A DNA stretch of 63,139 nt, the filler included, from Chiloscyllium plagiosum (lineage: Eukaryota), in the NCBI RefSeq assembly GCF_004010195.1. It is 4 parts of one record of this genome, joined end to end, with 100 filler letters (N's around TTAATTAATTAA, not from the genome) between each part and the next. Parts side by side here need not be neighbours in the genome. Positions count along the whole stretch, not along the records: positions 1 to 22,015 come from NC_057713.1; positions 22,116 to 44,519 come from NC_057713.1; 2 more parts are not named here. One strand, written 5' to 3'. The notes beneath the pieces are model-generated. The model was not told the origin of the DNA, ran no database searches, and worked only from the letters and a program-made list of their open reading frames with translations. Of the stretch, positions 10,510 to 23,310 are shown one piece after another. Numbering within the stretch: position 1 is the stretch's first letter; every line of letters starts with the position of its first letter. The position numbers and the translations under genes were made by a program.

Positions 10510-12779
10510 CTGATATCCAATACAAAATGCCTTCAGGAGAGTAGGAAACAACCACAGTGTCATGGCCTTCAGCATTAAAGAATTGGGGCTAGACTCACTG
10601 TCACGCAGCAACTAGACATGTAAGAAACAAGATATGGTTTCATTTCCATAGCAGTTAATTGAAAGCAACTGGTGCAAATCCTTAAATGCTTTGAAGAGTC
10701 ATCAGTGTTGTGTTACTTGTTTCCACTAGGGTTGATAATTAACTGACAACTGATCAGGTTTAGGGAGAAAGCAGAAAGTATATAAAAGAGAGAGAGAAAT
10801 TATGAGTGCCTTTTCTGACGTCTTCCAAATGTGCAAACAAAATTAACTGAGGAAATTATGAAGGCAAATTTTGCAATGTGTCAGAAAAATATTCAAAATT
10901 GGAGAAAATTGATTGATGAATTGGAAGAGCTATGTTAATTTAGAATAGGAGAACATTCCAATGCCATTAGGAAACAATCATAGAAGGTGATGGCAGGTCA
11001 GTAAGATGGGAAGAGTTGTAGTTTAAATTACCATTGAAGTGACAAACACAATTTCATGAAATTAACAGTAAAATATCTGTAAGAAGGGGAGCTTTGGGTC
11101 TGTATGGAATGGTCTGTCACCAGTTATATGGTAACTAAGCCCGCAAGCAGTTCTCTGGTAGAAACAGTGCTGCTTAAGAAATCTTTATGCCATTGTTTAA
11201 GCTGCTGAGTAATCATCTAGTTGTCAACATTGGCCTTGATCTAAGAAAACGTAATCAGCCTGTTGTTCCTAATGGCCCTTTCCTCTTTGTAGAACTTCTT
11301 ATGCTTTAACCCACGAACCAGTGAGAACAAACTGGAGGGAATGAAGACAGAGTGGGGGAGGGAAACCTCAGTAATAATTCATTACAACATGAACCTACTC
11401 ATCGACATAGCTGTCCACAGTTAAAACAACTAAAATTTCCTTCTGCTCATGAAAAATTCATCTGAGGCTCTTGTTGAAGTTAATTGGGGGAAATCTGATT
11501 CGTTGTTGGTCAACACAGTCTGTTGGTTTTTGTTTAAACTCCAAGCAATAGCAGCTGCTGAAACTTATGGTCTGGCAACTGGCAGCTTATAAAACTGGTA
11601 AGGGAAAGAGCAACCTACTACCGAATGGGAGGCATTTTATCCAAGCAATCCCTCTTGTCCCTCAGAGAGAGCAAGTTTTTGCAGAAGAGAATCACTCAGG
11701 ATATTAGCTTATCTATTCTTCCCATAGATATTGACACTGCTATGTGCATTATCTGTTTCTTTCTCTGGGTTCGTTTTCTGTTTGTTATTTTTTTCTCTGC
11801 AACTCTGCAGTATTGATTTTGGGATTTGTCCACAGTCCCTCCATCATGTTTAATTGTTGTATTTTAGGGAGGCCCCCCAGTATTTATTGTTCAGACGAAT
11901 CATCCAACCCTGATAATACCACTGTAGCTCCCCTTCTAATCTCACCCATCATCCAGCTCAAGCTTGATTTTTGAAATTGCTATTGATTGTCTTTCGGCAT
12001 CTGAAATGTCCAATGGATTTCTTTTAATTAGTGATTTTTCTTTTAAGCTTTTGCTACAATGTGCTATTAATTTGTATGGGCTAATGGCCAATTTGAGCTA
12101 AGTCAGTGTTAGAGATGCTCGAATTGGTCATGGAATTTCTCAATTACAGAAGGAAGAAAATGGGTTTGTCTTCTAGTTCACCATGCCTACTTGCTGAAAA
12201 GTGCATCTTCTTGGATCGTGCACAAGGCTGGGACAGGGTTTATGCACCATGTTCTACAAAAACCTGCTGACACTCATAGTCAAAACTCACATGTGAAGAA
12301 AGACCACTCACCTAGAGCACAGGAGGACAGCTGTTGCCAATGGAATTAGAATGCCAATTCACCAATCATGAGGCACGTGGGTCAGGAATTGTTGCTTTAA
12401 AAAGCTAGGAAAGAAAGATGAGGTCTAGTTGAGGTGAGGTGAATAAAGCAGAGTTTGAGGCATGATGGGACTATATCCCATCAGAATCCAACAGATGATG
12501 AAAGCATCTTAAAGCAAAACGTTTTAGCAAAGAAATCTTCTGCAGCTGAGTGACAGATTTCCTGACTATTGATCCTGGGAACTCTCCAGTGTCTCAGCGA
12601 GATGCTGCCCTGACACCATCCAAAGGGACAGTGTTATTTTCAACATACATTCTGATGAGACTCAGCCCTACTCCATCAGCACTTCTCTCACCTCCTCCAC
12701 AGTTCCTAAATTATCCACCTGCCAGAACTGGATGGGCAGATATTTCCTCTAATTAAATACTGCAAAGGCTAAAACTAAA

Positions 12780-13910
12780 CATAAGCAGGAAGAAAAGTAG
12801 TGAGGATGACTCAAATAGTCTGCAGAGGGCTTTAGACAGCTTAAGCGAGTGGGCTAAAGCTTGAATATAATGTGGAGGAAAATGAGGTGATGCACTTTTG
12901 TGGGAAGAATAGAAATGTTGCATATTATTTAAATACAGAAAGACTGCAGAAAGCCACAGAACAGGGGATTTGAGAGTTTCATCCACAAATCACAAAGAAT
13001 TCATCTAAGTTCAGTGGTTCTTACGCTAGGCAAATTTAATTCATTTGATTTGATTTATTTATTCATGTACTTTGTTTCAAAATACAGTCAAAAGTGTTGT
13101 GAAGTGTTGCCAATCTCCGTCACCATCTCAAAACACAGAAAAATAAGCCAACACATAGAATATAAAGCCAGAAAAATAGGGCAACAAAGCAGAACTGTTC
13201 AGCTTTACAGTCCTTCTTGTTAAGTGCTCAGCCATGGACACGAGTCCCCTTTGCCCAGCTACCACTGTTGGTGGCCCCTCTTTAGCGCCATCTCACCTCC
13301 ACCAACGCTCTCACCACAATAAGTCCTCACTGGACCTCACCGATGCTGATGCCATTGATGCTGCCAGGCATCACACTGGCCCAAACCTGACTCTGCTGCT
13401 GCCTCCATGAATCTGCACTGGGCACAGAAGCTGCCAGGAATGTAAACTTTTATTTCAAAGAGACAGAGTATAAAATAAGGGAGATTTTGATAAAGGCACT
13501 AGTCAGACAATAGCTGGAATACTGTGCCCTTATTTAAGGAAAGATATTCTTAGAGTACTTGACATAGTAGATGTGGATAGATTGTTTCTCCTTGTGGGAG
13601 TAGATAGGACCAGAGGGCATAATCTCAAAATCAGTGGTCATACATTTAAAACAGAGATCAGGAGAAATTTCTTCTCTCAGAGAATTGTGAATCCATGAAA
13701 TTCTTTACCACAGAGGGCTTTTGAGGTTGAGTCTTAAGTATATTCAAGTCTAAGATAAATAGGTTTTTAATCAGCAAGAGAAACCAGAGATATGGAGAAA
13801 AGAGAGGAGTGTGGGAGTTAAGGATTATCAGATTAGCCATGATCCCATTAAATGGTAAAGCAGACTTGATGAGCTCAATGGCCTACTTTTGCAGCTATAT
13901 TTTATGGCTT
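12780..13910 (+). mobile_element. Old CR1 LINE 3' fragments (two pieces separated by an unidentified insert ~13010-13435)
   Basis: Similar to the 3' end of the CR1 at 45449-46946 (GAGGATGAC..CTGCAGAGGG; AATTTCTTCTCTCAGAGAATTGTGAAT; AATGGCCTACTT). Confidence 0.65.
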
Positions 13911-14039
13911 CTGGTCATTACTTTCAGTCCCGCACTTCATTCTATACCCACCCACTCCATCCTCTTCCTGACAACAACACAAAATTGAGTCTGTCCACTC
14001 ACAACTGAAATCCCATTTGGCCTGGAGATATGCTTCTAT

Positions 14040-14665
14040 TCCTGCTGTCACTAGGATCACTTAGTAATCATTTCCTCATTCATAATTTTGCCTAACTTCC
14101 CCTGTCTTGGCTGACCTTCTGCTGAAATCACCATGCATGTCTTCATTACCTCTCAACTATTCTATTTCAATACTCCCAGCCACATTCTCCTCCTCCTCTC
14201 TCACCCTCATAACCTTAAGGCCATTTAACACTCTTCCTCACATGCTTTCATTCATATCAAGTGCTGTTCTCCTATTAACACTGATCAACTGATGCCTGAT
14301 TAAGCGCCATCTTGATTTCAAGATGTCTGATCATGCCAAGGCCTCACTCCCTTCTTTTACCATAATCTCCTCCATCTCGACAACCCCCTGCTCCTCTAAT
14401 TCTTACCACTTCTGCATCTCCAATTTTAATTACTCCTCACTGATGGTCAAACTTTTAGTTGTCGAGGGCCCAGATTGTGGAGTTCCCTCCCTAGACCTCG
14501 CTATCTCATTTTTCTGAGTTTAAATTTTTTGACCAAACTTTTAGTCATCTGGTCTAGTATCTCCTTATATTGTTCAGAGTCATGCTTTGTTTCATAAGGC
14601 TCATGTAAAATGCCTTGGGATGTTTGGCATTATGTTAATGATACTATGTAAACATGTTATTGTCT
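14040..14665 (+). mobile_element. Old L2-like LINE 3' fragment
   Basis: Pyrimidine-rich strand ending ...TGTAAAATGCCTTGGGATGTTT...ACTATGTAAACATG, an L2-type tail. Confidence 0.35.
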
Positions 14666-14878
14666 TTGATGTACAGAATCTGGAACTGCTCATCTGTGAC
14701 TCCTGATCATTTGAGTAATGTTTGACTGGTATCGTTTTAGGGGATTTTCACTGGTAACAGCAGTAAGGTTTTTTTAAAGACTGTCTAGCACACATTTTGA
14801 GCAGCAGTATCTGCAAATTATGATCCTATGCTAGTCACAGGACACTGAAGGGCACTTCAGCTTCTAGTGGCTGATATT

Positions 14879-15183
14879 GGGCGGCACGGTGGCTCAGTGG
14901 TTAATATTGCTGCCTCACATCACCAGGGACCTGCTATCGATTCCTCAGGCAACTGTCTGTCTGGAGTTTGCAAGTTCTCCCCCCTGTCTGTGAGGGCTTC
15001 CTCTGGTTTGCTCCCACAGTCCAAACATGTACAGGTTCGGTGGATTGACCATGCTAAATTGCCCATACTGTCCAGAGATGTGCAGACCATAGGAAATGCA
15101 GTGTCACAGGGATAGGGTGGGATGCTGTTTGGAGGGTCTGGGTGAACTGAATGGCCTACTTCTGTGCTGTAGCATTTCTATGA
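14879..15183 (+). mobile_element. V-SINE (HE1-like)
   Basis: GGGCGGCACGGTGGCTCAGTGG A-box head, V-domain and CR1-derived tail. Confidence 0.85.
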
Positions 15184-15230
15184 TATCTCTACAATAACAG
15201 CAGTTTAAGTGGATGGCTTAATGGAATAGA

Positions 15231-15395
15231 AATGAAAAATGTGGTGCTGGAAAAACACAGCAGGCCAGGCAGCATCCGAGGAGCAGGAGAATCGACGTTT
15301 CTCCGGGGGTTGGGACTGAGATAAGGTGGGGGGAGGGGAAATGAGGAAGCTGGAGAAATCTGGTCTCCAGCATCTACAGTCCTCACTTTCTCCTC
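15231..15395. mobile_element. Rearranged short PLE pLTR insertion
   Basis: Minus pLTR piece broken at the hammerhead GAAAC (15301), joined to an upstream PLE piece and a plus-strand pLTR end. Imperfect TSD CTTAATGGAATAGA / CTTCATGGAATAAA (15217-15230, 15396-15409). Confidence 0.75.
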
Positions 15396-16323
15396 CTTCA
15401 TGGAATAAAAAGCCTGCTGATTCCACTTTGAAGCTGCTGCTACCTAAGTAATCTCAATCTCACCAAGTTAAATCACATGGAACAGTTTTGGAACAATCAA
15501 AAGTTCCATTTATATATTAGTCAAGAAGTTCCACTTTCCTCTTATGGGTGACTCTCTGCAGAAGCTATTTAGTCCCCTATTCAAATCCTGTCAGCATTGC
15601 TGGTACTGAGATTCACGGATCGGTGAATGAACAGAGTGGGGGTGGTGAAAAGAGAATGCAGCATTGCAATTTTTTTTCATGAATTGATTTTTCACTATTT
15701 AAATGTGTGCTATTCATGGAGATGGAATAGTGAGACAAATTTTCTCTTCCTTCTAAGCCTGTGAATCATGATCATTAAAGGATACTGCAAAATCAATAAA
15801 TTGTTAATGAATTCGCCTAGTGCTAGCAACGCTGTAATGATAGAGAGAATGTTTAGGGAAAATGAAAACAACCAAATTAGTCTACAGAGTTCTTGAGCAA
15901 GTACCCTGCTTACACGCATTCTGTAAGTGTTCCCAATCTAACCTCCTCCAAGAACTCTGGGTTCCTCCAAATCAGGTCTCTTGACAACCCAAGTACCTTT
16001 ACTCCACTCTGAGCAGCTGTTCTTTCAACTGCTTGGGCCCTAGTCTCTGTAGTTTCCTCCTTTTGCTTTTAGACATCCCCAGCTCTGTCTCATTCTTTAG
16101 AATGAGTACTGCTTTGATGGAGCCTATTCTGCTCAGTATGTTCATGCTAGCTGTCTGCAAGCAGAACTCAACTAGATCAGTAGCTTTGCAAATCTTTTCT
16201 CTACAGATTAATATCCATTATACTTTTGAAAGTATAATAAGTGAAATTTAATCTAGCACCATCTCAGGCATATCATTCCAGAGATCCTAACCGCTCATGT
16301 AAATATTGTTACTTTTAGTCTAA

Positions 16324-16955
16324 AGTCATAGAGTCATATAGCACAGAAACTGACCCTTTGGTCCTTGTCGATTGGGTTTTGCAAAGTAAACTAGTCCCAT
16401 TTGCCCGCATTTGGTCCATATCCCTCTAAACTTTTCCTATTCGTGTACCTGTCCAAATGGCTTTTACCTGTTGTAATTGTACCTGCATCCACTACTACCT
16501 CTGACAGCTCATTCCAAGGACAAACCATCCTCCATGTGAAACCATTGCCCCTCAGATGCCTTTTAGATCTTTCCGCTCTCACCCTAAATGTATGCCCTCT
16601 AGTTTTGGATTTCCCTACGTGAGGGAAAAGACCTTTGCTATTCACCTTAACTATAACCTTCATGATTTTATAAACCCTCATAATGTCACCCCTTAACCTC
16701 CTACATGCCAATGAAAAAAACCTCTATAGTTTTCCTTTATAATCAAACCCTCCAATCCCAGTAACATCCTTGTAAATATTTTCTGCTCTCTCTCCAATTT
16801 AATAATACCCTTCCTATAGCAGAGCAATCAGAACTGTACACAGTACTCCAAAAATGGCCTCACCAGCATCCTCTACAACTGGAACATGATGTCCCATACT
16901 CAATAGTCTGAGCGATGAAGGAAAGCATCCCAATCGCCTTCTTTACCATCCTGTA
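16324..16955 (-). mobile_element. CR1 (HER1-like) LINE 3' fragment
   Basis: Peptide RRLRGDIMRVYKIMK...KTRGHTF and ATGACT-type tail. Confidence 0.85.
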
Positions 16956-17269
16956 CTTGCTTTTTTGTTCTTTGTTTCAGGTACAATAAACACCAAACCA
17001 ACTTAGAAAACGTCATGTTTTACTGCATTTGTAAGATATAAAATGGTCAGGTGAGGACAACAGTCTCTAGGATGATATAGACGCGTTAAGTGAGTGGGAA
17101 AGAAGCTTGGCAGACAGAATATATTGTGAGTTTATGCAATTTGGCAGGAAGAATAGAAAAGCGGGCTATTTAAATGCAAAGAGACTAAAGAGGGATTTGG
17201 GTGTGCTCATCCGCAAATTACAAAGAACATTGAAGCTCAGCATGTCATAGGGATGACAAAAAGCCTAAT

Positions 17270-17575
17270 GGTTTTATTGCTGGACTCTTAATCCAAAGAC
17301 CTTGATGATGTTCTGGGGACCTAGGGTCAAATTCTGTAATGGCAGATACTGAAATTTAAATTTAACAAAAATCTGGAATTAAGACTCTAATGATGTTCAT
17401 GGAACCATTGATAATTGTTGGAAACACCCACTTGATTCACTTCCTTTAGGGAAGGAAACTTCCATTCTCACCTTGTCTGACCCACAGCAATGTGGTTGAC
17501 TCTTAACTGCAGTCTGAGATGGGCAATGAATACTGACCCAGCCATTGATGCCCTCATCCTGTGAATGAATTTTAA
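17270..17575 (+). mobile_element. Second tRNA-like SINE family copy
   Basis: Shares GTGGTTGACTCTTAAC and other blocks with minus-strand pieces at ~45305-45448 and ~46947-47200. Confidence 0.5.
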
Positions 17576-17870
17576 AAACCCTCATTGTATCGTATACGTT
17601 TTCATTCTCCCTGACTTGTCACCCGTGGTTGCCTTATCTTCTCCACAGTACATTTCTTTTTACTGGGGATAGGTTTCTGCTGTTCATCCCAGATTGCCCA
17701 AGAAACTCCTGCCATTGCTGCTCCAATGTCTTCCCTGCCCTTCCAGTCAGCTTTGACCAGCTCCTCCCTCATGTTGATCATCTTAATTCAGTGTCATCTT
17801 GGTTTTGATCATTTCACCAGCGGAACAGCTTCTCCTTACCTACCCTGTATATATTGGAAGGAAATGAGAT

Positions 17871-18215
17871 GGCCGGCACTGTATCTCAATAGTTTGCGCT
17901 GCTGCCTCACAGCGCCAGGGACATGGGTTTGATTCCAACCTTTGGCAACTAACTGTGTGGCGTTTGCACATCCTCCCTGTGTCTGCCTGAGTTTCCTTTG
18001 AGTACTCCAGTTTCCTCTCACAATCCAAAGATGAACAAGTTAGTGAATTGGACATGCTAAATTTCCCACAGTGTTCAGGGATGTGTAGGCTAGGTGCATT
18101 AGTCAGGGGTAAATATAGGATAGTAGGGGAATGGGTCTGGGTGGGTTACTCTTCAGAGGGTCATTGTGGATCTGTTGAGCCAAAGGGTCTATTTCCACAC
18201 TGCAGGGATTCTATG
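17871..18215 (+). mobile_element. V-SINE (HE1-like)
   Basis: GCTGCCTCACAGCGCCAGGGAC head, V-domain and tail as in other copies. Confidence 0.85.
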
Positions 18216-18689
18216 GAGATGTACATTCTTGTATATCAATATTAACAGGCTTTCTTAAACATGTCCATTTACAAGGGATCTACAATCTGAAACCCCCAGG
18301 AACAGGCTACATTACCATGATATCTCACATTACTATGGCATAGCTCCTGCATATGTAAAACCAACCATGCTGCCTGAAGTTTTGCCATTCCTGATTCAGT
18401 TGCTGGAGCAATAAAATCTGTTACAAGTACAATTGAAGATCTCTTTCTAAGTCTATAATCCAAGGTACCTCAGATTTTGTTTGCCATTTAATAATATGTA
18501 TATGTATTTCAAATTCTACATTCCCAATAAGCTCAGGTTTCTTTGCTCAACCTAGGACCTTAAAAGAAATAGGTAGTGAAATAATTGTTAAGTTAGTTTG
18601 AATGTTCGAAAACTCATTCAATCTAGGGAAGGTTCCTTTAGGTTGGAACCTACCGTAAGTCTTTTATTCGACAGAGAGGAAGGCAGAGA

Positions 18690-20150
18690 GCAGAAATGTA
18701 AAGGCCAGTTAGCTTAACATCTATCATAGGGGAAATGTTAGGAGCTATTATTAAAGCTGTTAAAACAGGGAAAAAGCACCAAGAACAGTAGTTGCCGGAA
18801 ATCAGAAACAGTAGCAAATTTACTGGTGAAACTCAGTCAGTCTGTCAGGAACTGTGGAGAGAAAGCAGGGTTAACATTTTGGGTTTCAGAAGATTTCTGA
18901 AGAAGAGTCACTGGACCCAAAACATTAACTCTGCTTTCTCTCCACAGAGCTGTCAGACCTGTTGAGTTTCTCCAGCAATTTCTATTATTGTTTATAACAG
19001 GGCACTTAGATAACTTCAAGGTAATCAGGCAGGGTCATCATTTTTTTTCAAAAAGAAATCAAGTTTAACAAATTTATTGGAATTCTTTGAAGAAGTGACT
19101 TGCTATAGATAGGGGGGAACCAGAAGGCATTTTATAAGAGCCACATCAAAGATTATTGTGGAAATTAAAAGCTCATGGTTTAGGAGATAACATAATGACA
19201 TGAATTTTAAAAAATTGGTTGGCTAGCAAGAAAAAGAGAGCAGGAATAAGTAGATTGTTTTCATACTGGCAGGACTTCATGATTTGTGTGCCACTGCGGT
19301 CAGTGCTGGGACCTCAACTCTTTACAATTTAAATAAAAAATTTGGATGAATTGGTTGAATGAATGGTAGCTAAATTTACTAATGACACATAGATAGGTAG
19401 GAAAGTGAGTCATGGAGAGGTCATAACGAGCTAAAGAAAGGGTATGGATAGGTTACATAGGTGGGCAAAGATCTGGCAAACAGAGGATAATGTGGGAAAG
19501 TTTGAGATTATTAATTTTGGAAGAAAGGATAAAAAAGAAGAATATTATCAAAATGGTGAGATTGCAGAGCTCTGAGATTTAGAGAGTTCTAGGTGTCCTA
19601 ACATAAATCACAGAAAGTTAGTATTCAAATACAGCAAGTAATCGGGAAAGCTAATAGAGCGTTATGTTTTATTGTGATGGGAATTCAATGTTAGAGTAAC
19701 TAGGTTATGCTTCAGTTATGCAGAGTATTGGTGAGTTTGCGTCTGGAGTACTGTGTACAATACTGGTCACCGTACTCACAGAAGAATGCAAATGCATTGA
19801 AAGCTGTTCAGAGAACATTTACTGGACTAATACTTGAATAAGCAGACTTGTGAAGAAAGATAAGACAGACGTAGGATTGTGTTATCTAGGGATTAGAAGA
19901 ATCAGAGGTGACCTACTTGAAATATATAAAATGCTGAGGTGACTTGACCAATGTTGAAAGATGTTTCCTCTTGGGGGAGAAGCTCGAACTAGGGACCATA
20001 GTTTAAAAGGTAGGATTCACCCATTTAAAAGAGAGTTGGGCGAATCATTTTTTTTCTCAGAGGACTGTGAATCTTTGAAATTCTCTTCCTCAAAAGGCAG
20101 TGGATGCAAAATGTTTAAAGATTTTTAAGGCAGAGATAGATTCTTGATAA
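18690..20150 (+). mobile_element. Old CR1 LINE RT fragment
   Basis: Degenerate nucleotide similarity to 45449-46946 across the RT (AGGCCAGTTAGCTTAACATC; AATTTATTGGAATTCTTTGAAGAAGTGAC; GCTAAATTTACTAATGACAC). Confidence 0.75.
18771..18991. mobile_element. Fold-back pLTR insertion of a different PLE family, nested in CR1
   Basis: Inverted arms 18816-18884 / 18915-18981. Decayed hammerhead CTGAAGA(18897-18903)-AGAGTC ACT GGACC-CAAAAC. Near-TSD TTAAAACAGGG/TTATAACAGGG (18760-18770, 18992-19002). Confidence 0.75.
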
Positions 20151-21080
20151 CTCCAAAGTTGAAGAACTACTATGCCAGATATCAATGTAATCCTGGCATT
20201 TCATTGGAGCCAGGCTGGCAAATCCTCAGAAAGGTGAAGGTGGTGTTGGAGACCAGCCTCAGAAGGGAAGGAGGAGAGATATACAAACTTGAATCCTCCC
20301 AGAGGACAAAAGGCTCCACGTGGAGAGGCAGGCAGATGACACTCCCCCCACCAACCTTTATTCCCTCTCCCACTCACCCACCAATGATATCCCACCACCA
20401 TGCCAACCTACTCCTGGGAGGAGTTGGATTAAATTCCACCTCAGAGATCCAACGTTTGTAGAACAATAGCAGATGCTAGATCAACCAGCCAAATTAAATA
20501 ACCACATATTAGAGGAAGAAAGCTAATTTGGTCAGTCTACACTTTGAGTACTGTATGCAAAGACACAAAGGTGTATTTCAAACATTGTAGGAGCTTAGGG
20601 TAAAACCAAGAAGCAAATTTATATCCAGCAAATTGTATTTAACAAAAGACTATAGAAGTTAAGTCTTTTCAACCTTGAGAAGTGATGACACATTGTTAGG
20701 AGTGTGAAAATGAAGCTTTAACTTCCTGATATGATGTTTTATGGATTATGCCACAGCGTATGGATGATCCTGCTGTGGGTTGTTTGAAATGAAATATATT
20801 CCTTTTCTTGGGTACACATGTTCCCTTAGTAAGAACAAACTTGGTTACAAAAAAAGCAAGGAAAATAACATGATTAAAGAAATATTTGTTTGAAAGTCGG
20901 CGTTTTGCATAATTGTGTAAGATTTTATCAGAGGTTAGACACTAAATGAATTGCTCTTACAGGCAGTTGGCACAGACAAGACAAGCTGAGTTGCATTGTG
21001 CTATAACTCTTCCAGGATTCTCTAACTTATCAGCATAAAATGTGAATGTAGTGTAAAAGATATGTTCCACCTGTAGTGAT

Positions 21081-21183
21081 TGTAATGAGCTCAGCCAGGT
21101 GGACCTTATAGAACATGGGTTCCCTGATTGGGCTGTTAATCTGGTTCAATCAGGGAACCCTGGCTGACAGATACAAACAGGAG
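21081..21183 (+). mobile_element. Possible 5' part of an LTR
   Basis: Starts TGTAATGAG and has an internal inverted repeat GGGTTCCCTGATTG..CAATCAGGGAACCC; abruptly joined to Tx1-like coding sequence. Confidence 0.35.
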
Positions 21184-22015
21184 CATTTCCCGCGGGAGCC
21201 TGTGCCCCACAACCTGAGCCGCCTCCGAAATTTTAATTTTGTTTCGTTTAGGGAGGTGAAAAGGAGAGCCCTGTATAGACTGCTGCTGCACACCATCCAC
21301 CTCTTCTCCCTCATCCACCGTCCGGACACGCCTTGGCGTGCCCATTTGCCACCGGGCGGTGGGGATCCCCAATGGAGGGCTCTCTACGCGGGAGTCCTCC
21401 TCCTTTCTCTTGGCGATCTGGGGTGGAGGGTGCTGCACGTAGCAGTCCCCTGCAACCGCAGACTGCGGTGGTTCACGGACTCCCAGCCCAACTGCTTGTT
21501 CTGTGGCGCTGTGGAGTGCGGGGACCACGTATATATTGGGTGTGGGCGTTTGCACTCCCTTTTTGATTTTCTGAAAAACCTTCTCCTCTGTTTTTGGCTG
21601 CACTTCAGTCCCACGCTCCTGATCTTTGGGCACCCGGTACGGAGGAAGGAGGGCAGGTCTGAAGACCTCCTCGTGGGCCTGCTCCTGGGCCTGGCCAAAC
21701 TGGCCATCAACAGGTCCAGGCAGCGGGCCGTGGAGGGGGTCGTTAAGGCCGACTGCCTGCCCCTCTTCCGCGGTTACGTTAGAGCCCGGGTGTCCTTGGA
21801 GAAGGAGCACGCGGCGTCGACCAACACCCTGGAGTTGTTCAGGGAGAGGTGGGCGCCACAGGGAGTGGAGTGCATCATTTCTCCCTCCAACTCTATTTTG
21901 ATTTAGTCCCTACCCTCCCCTTCACTGTTTTGATCACACAGCACTGTCCCTTGATGTGAAGGGCAGTGCTTGTCACTGGCCACCCAGGTGTTTTCCTATC
22001 TCCCTGGTGGTGGAA
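21184..22015 (+). mobile_element. Tx1/L1-clade LINE 3' end (C-terminal zf-RVT region + 3'UTR), relatively young
   Basis: Open frame to 21906 with LGDLGWRVLH...CLFCGAVECGDHVYIGC (CCHC knuckle) and LLLGLAKLAI; CpGs retained. Confidence 0.8.
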
Positions 22016-22115
22016 NNNNNNNNNNNNNNNNNNNNNNNNNNNNNNNNNNNNNNNNNNNNTTAATTAATTAANNNNNNNNNNNNNNNNNNNNNNNNNNNNN
22101 NNNNNNNNNNNNNNN
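22016..22115. other. Artificial contig spacer 44N-TTAATTAATTAA-44N
   Basis: Exactly 100 nt; 12-mer at 22060-22071 with stops in all six frames. Confidence 0.97.
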
Positions 22116-22550
22116 CGGAAAGATGTTGTGAAACATGAAAGGGTTCAGAAAAGATTTACAAGGATGTTGCCAGGGTTGGAGGATTTGAGCTATAGGGAGA
22201 GGCTGAACAGGCTGGGGCTGTTTTCCCTGGAGCGTCGGAGGCTGAGGGGTGACCTTATAGAAGTTTACAAAATTATGAGGGGCATGGATAGGATAAATAG
22301 ACAAAGTTTTTTCCCTGGATGTTTTCACACAGAGAGTGATATGTGTATGGAATGAGCTGCCAGAGGAAGTGGGGAGGCTAGTAGAATTGTAACATTTAAT
22401 AGGCACTTGGATGGGTAAATGAATAGGAAGGGCTTGGTGGGATATGGGCCGGGTGCTGGCAGGTGGGACTAGATTGGGTTGGGATATCTGGTCAACACGG
22501 ACAGGTTGGACCGAAGGGTCTATTTCCATGCTGTACATCTCTATGACTCT
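22116..22550 (+). mobile_element. CR1 LINE 3' end
   Basis: ERVQKRFTRMLPGLEDLSYRERLNRLGLFSLERRRLRGDLIEVYKI; tail CTCTATGACTCT. Confidence 0.92.
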
Positions 22551-23310
22551 GCTTTCTCCTCGCTTGAGGTATAATGACCAATATTTGCCTCTCTCGAATG
22601 AGAGAGTGGAATTATAATGACTTTAGGTTGACGTGGTTTTACTCAACTCCCTCTGGGCAAACAGGACTGGGTAAGCCGGGCCAGAACTTGAGTACAATTA
22701 TTTTTAAATAAAAACAGTGTTTAAATCCTTTTATTCAGGAGAGGGCTTGATCCCATCTGAATGTTTTTACATTACATCAGAAAATGATTACATTACCCAT
22801 TTTACACTGACTATTATATTTTGTGTTTTGAATCTTTTTACCCAAAAAGCAAAAATGGTTTTTGTCTAATAACCCATCAATATTTAAAAAAATAAAATTA
22901 ATCTTACAACATTACCTTGAATTTATAACACTGAGTATAATAGCAGAATTCAACCTCCCTCTCTTAGTTCTTCTTAAACATATTCCCCCAGGCAACCTAT
23001 TCTGAATTTGCAGTTAGGGTTTCACTTGCTATTTAGACTTTCCACTTCTCCCAATGTTTCAATGTTAACCCATTTTTTATCAATTGAAAATAGATCAATA
23101 CTGTCAAATGGTGATCCAACATTAAGAATTTTTTTTAAAAAGCAAATACTGAAAACCAGACATTATTAATACTGAATACAAGGTCCTGCCTATTATAGAT
23201 GCAAGCAGAATTCCTGTGAGGTTGCAGGACTTTGCTACTAATCTTGTCCACTTTAACACCACGCCTTTAAAATGGCTATACTCAGGTTGCAAGTGAGGTC
23301 TGAAGGCAGT

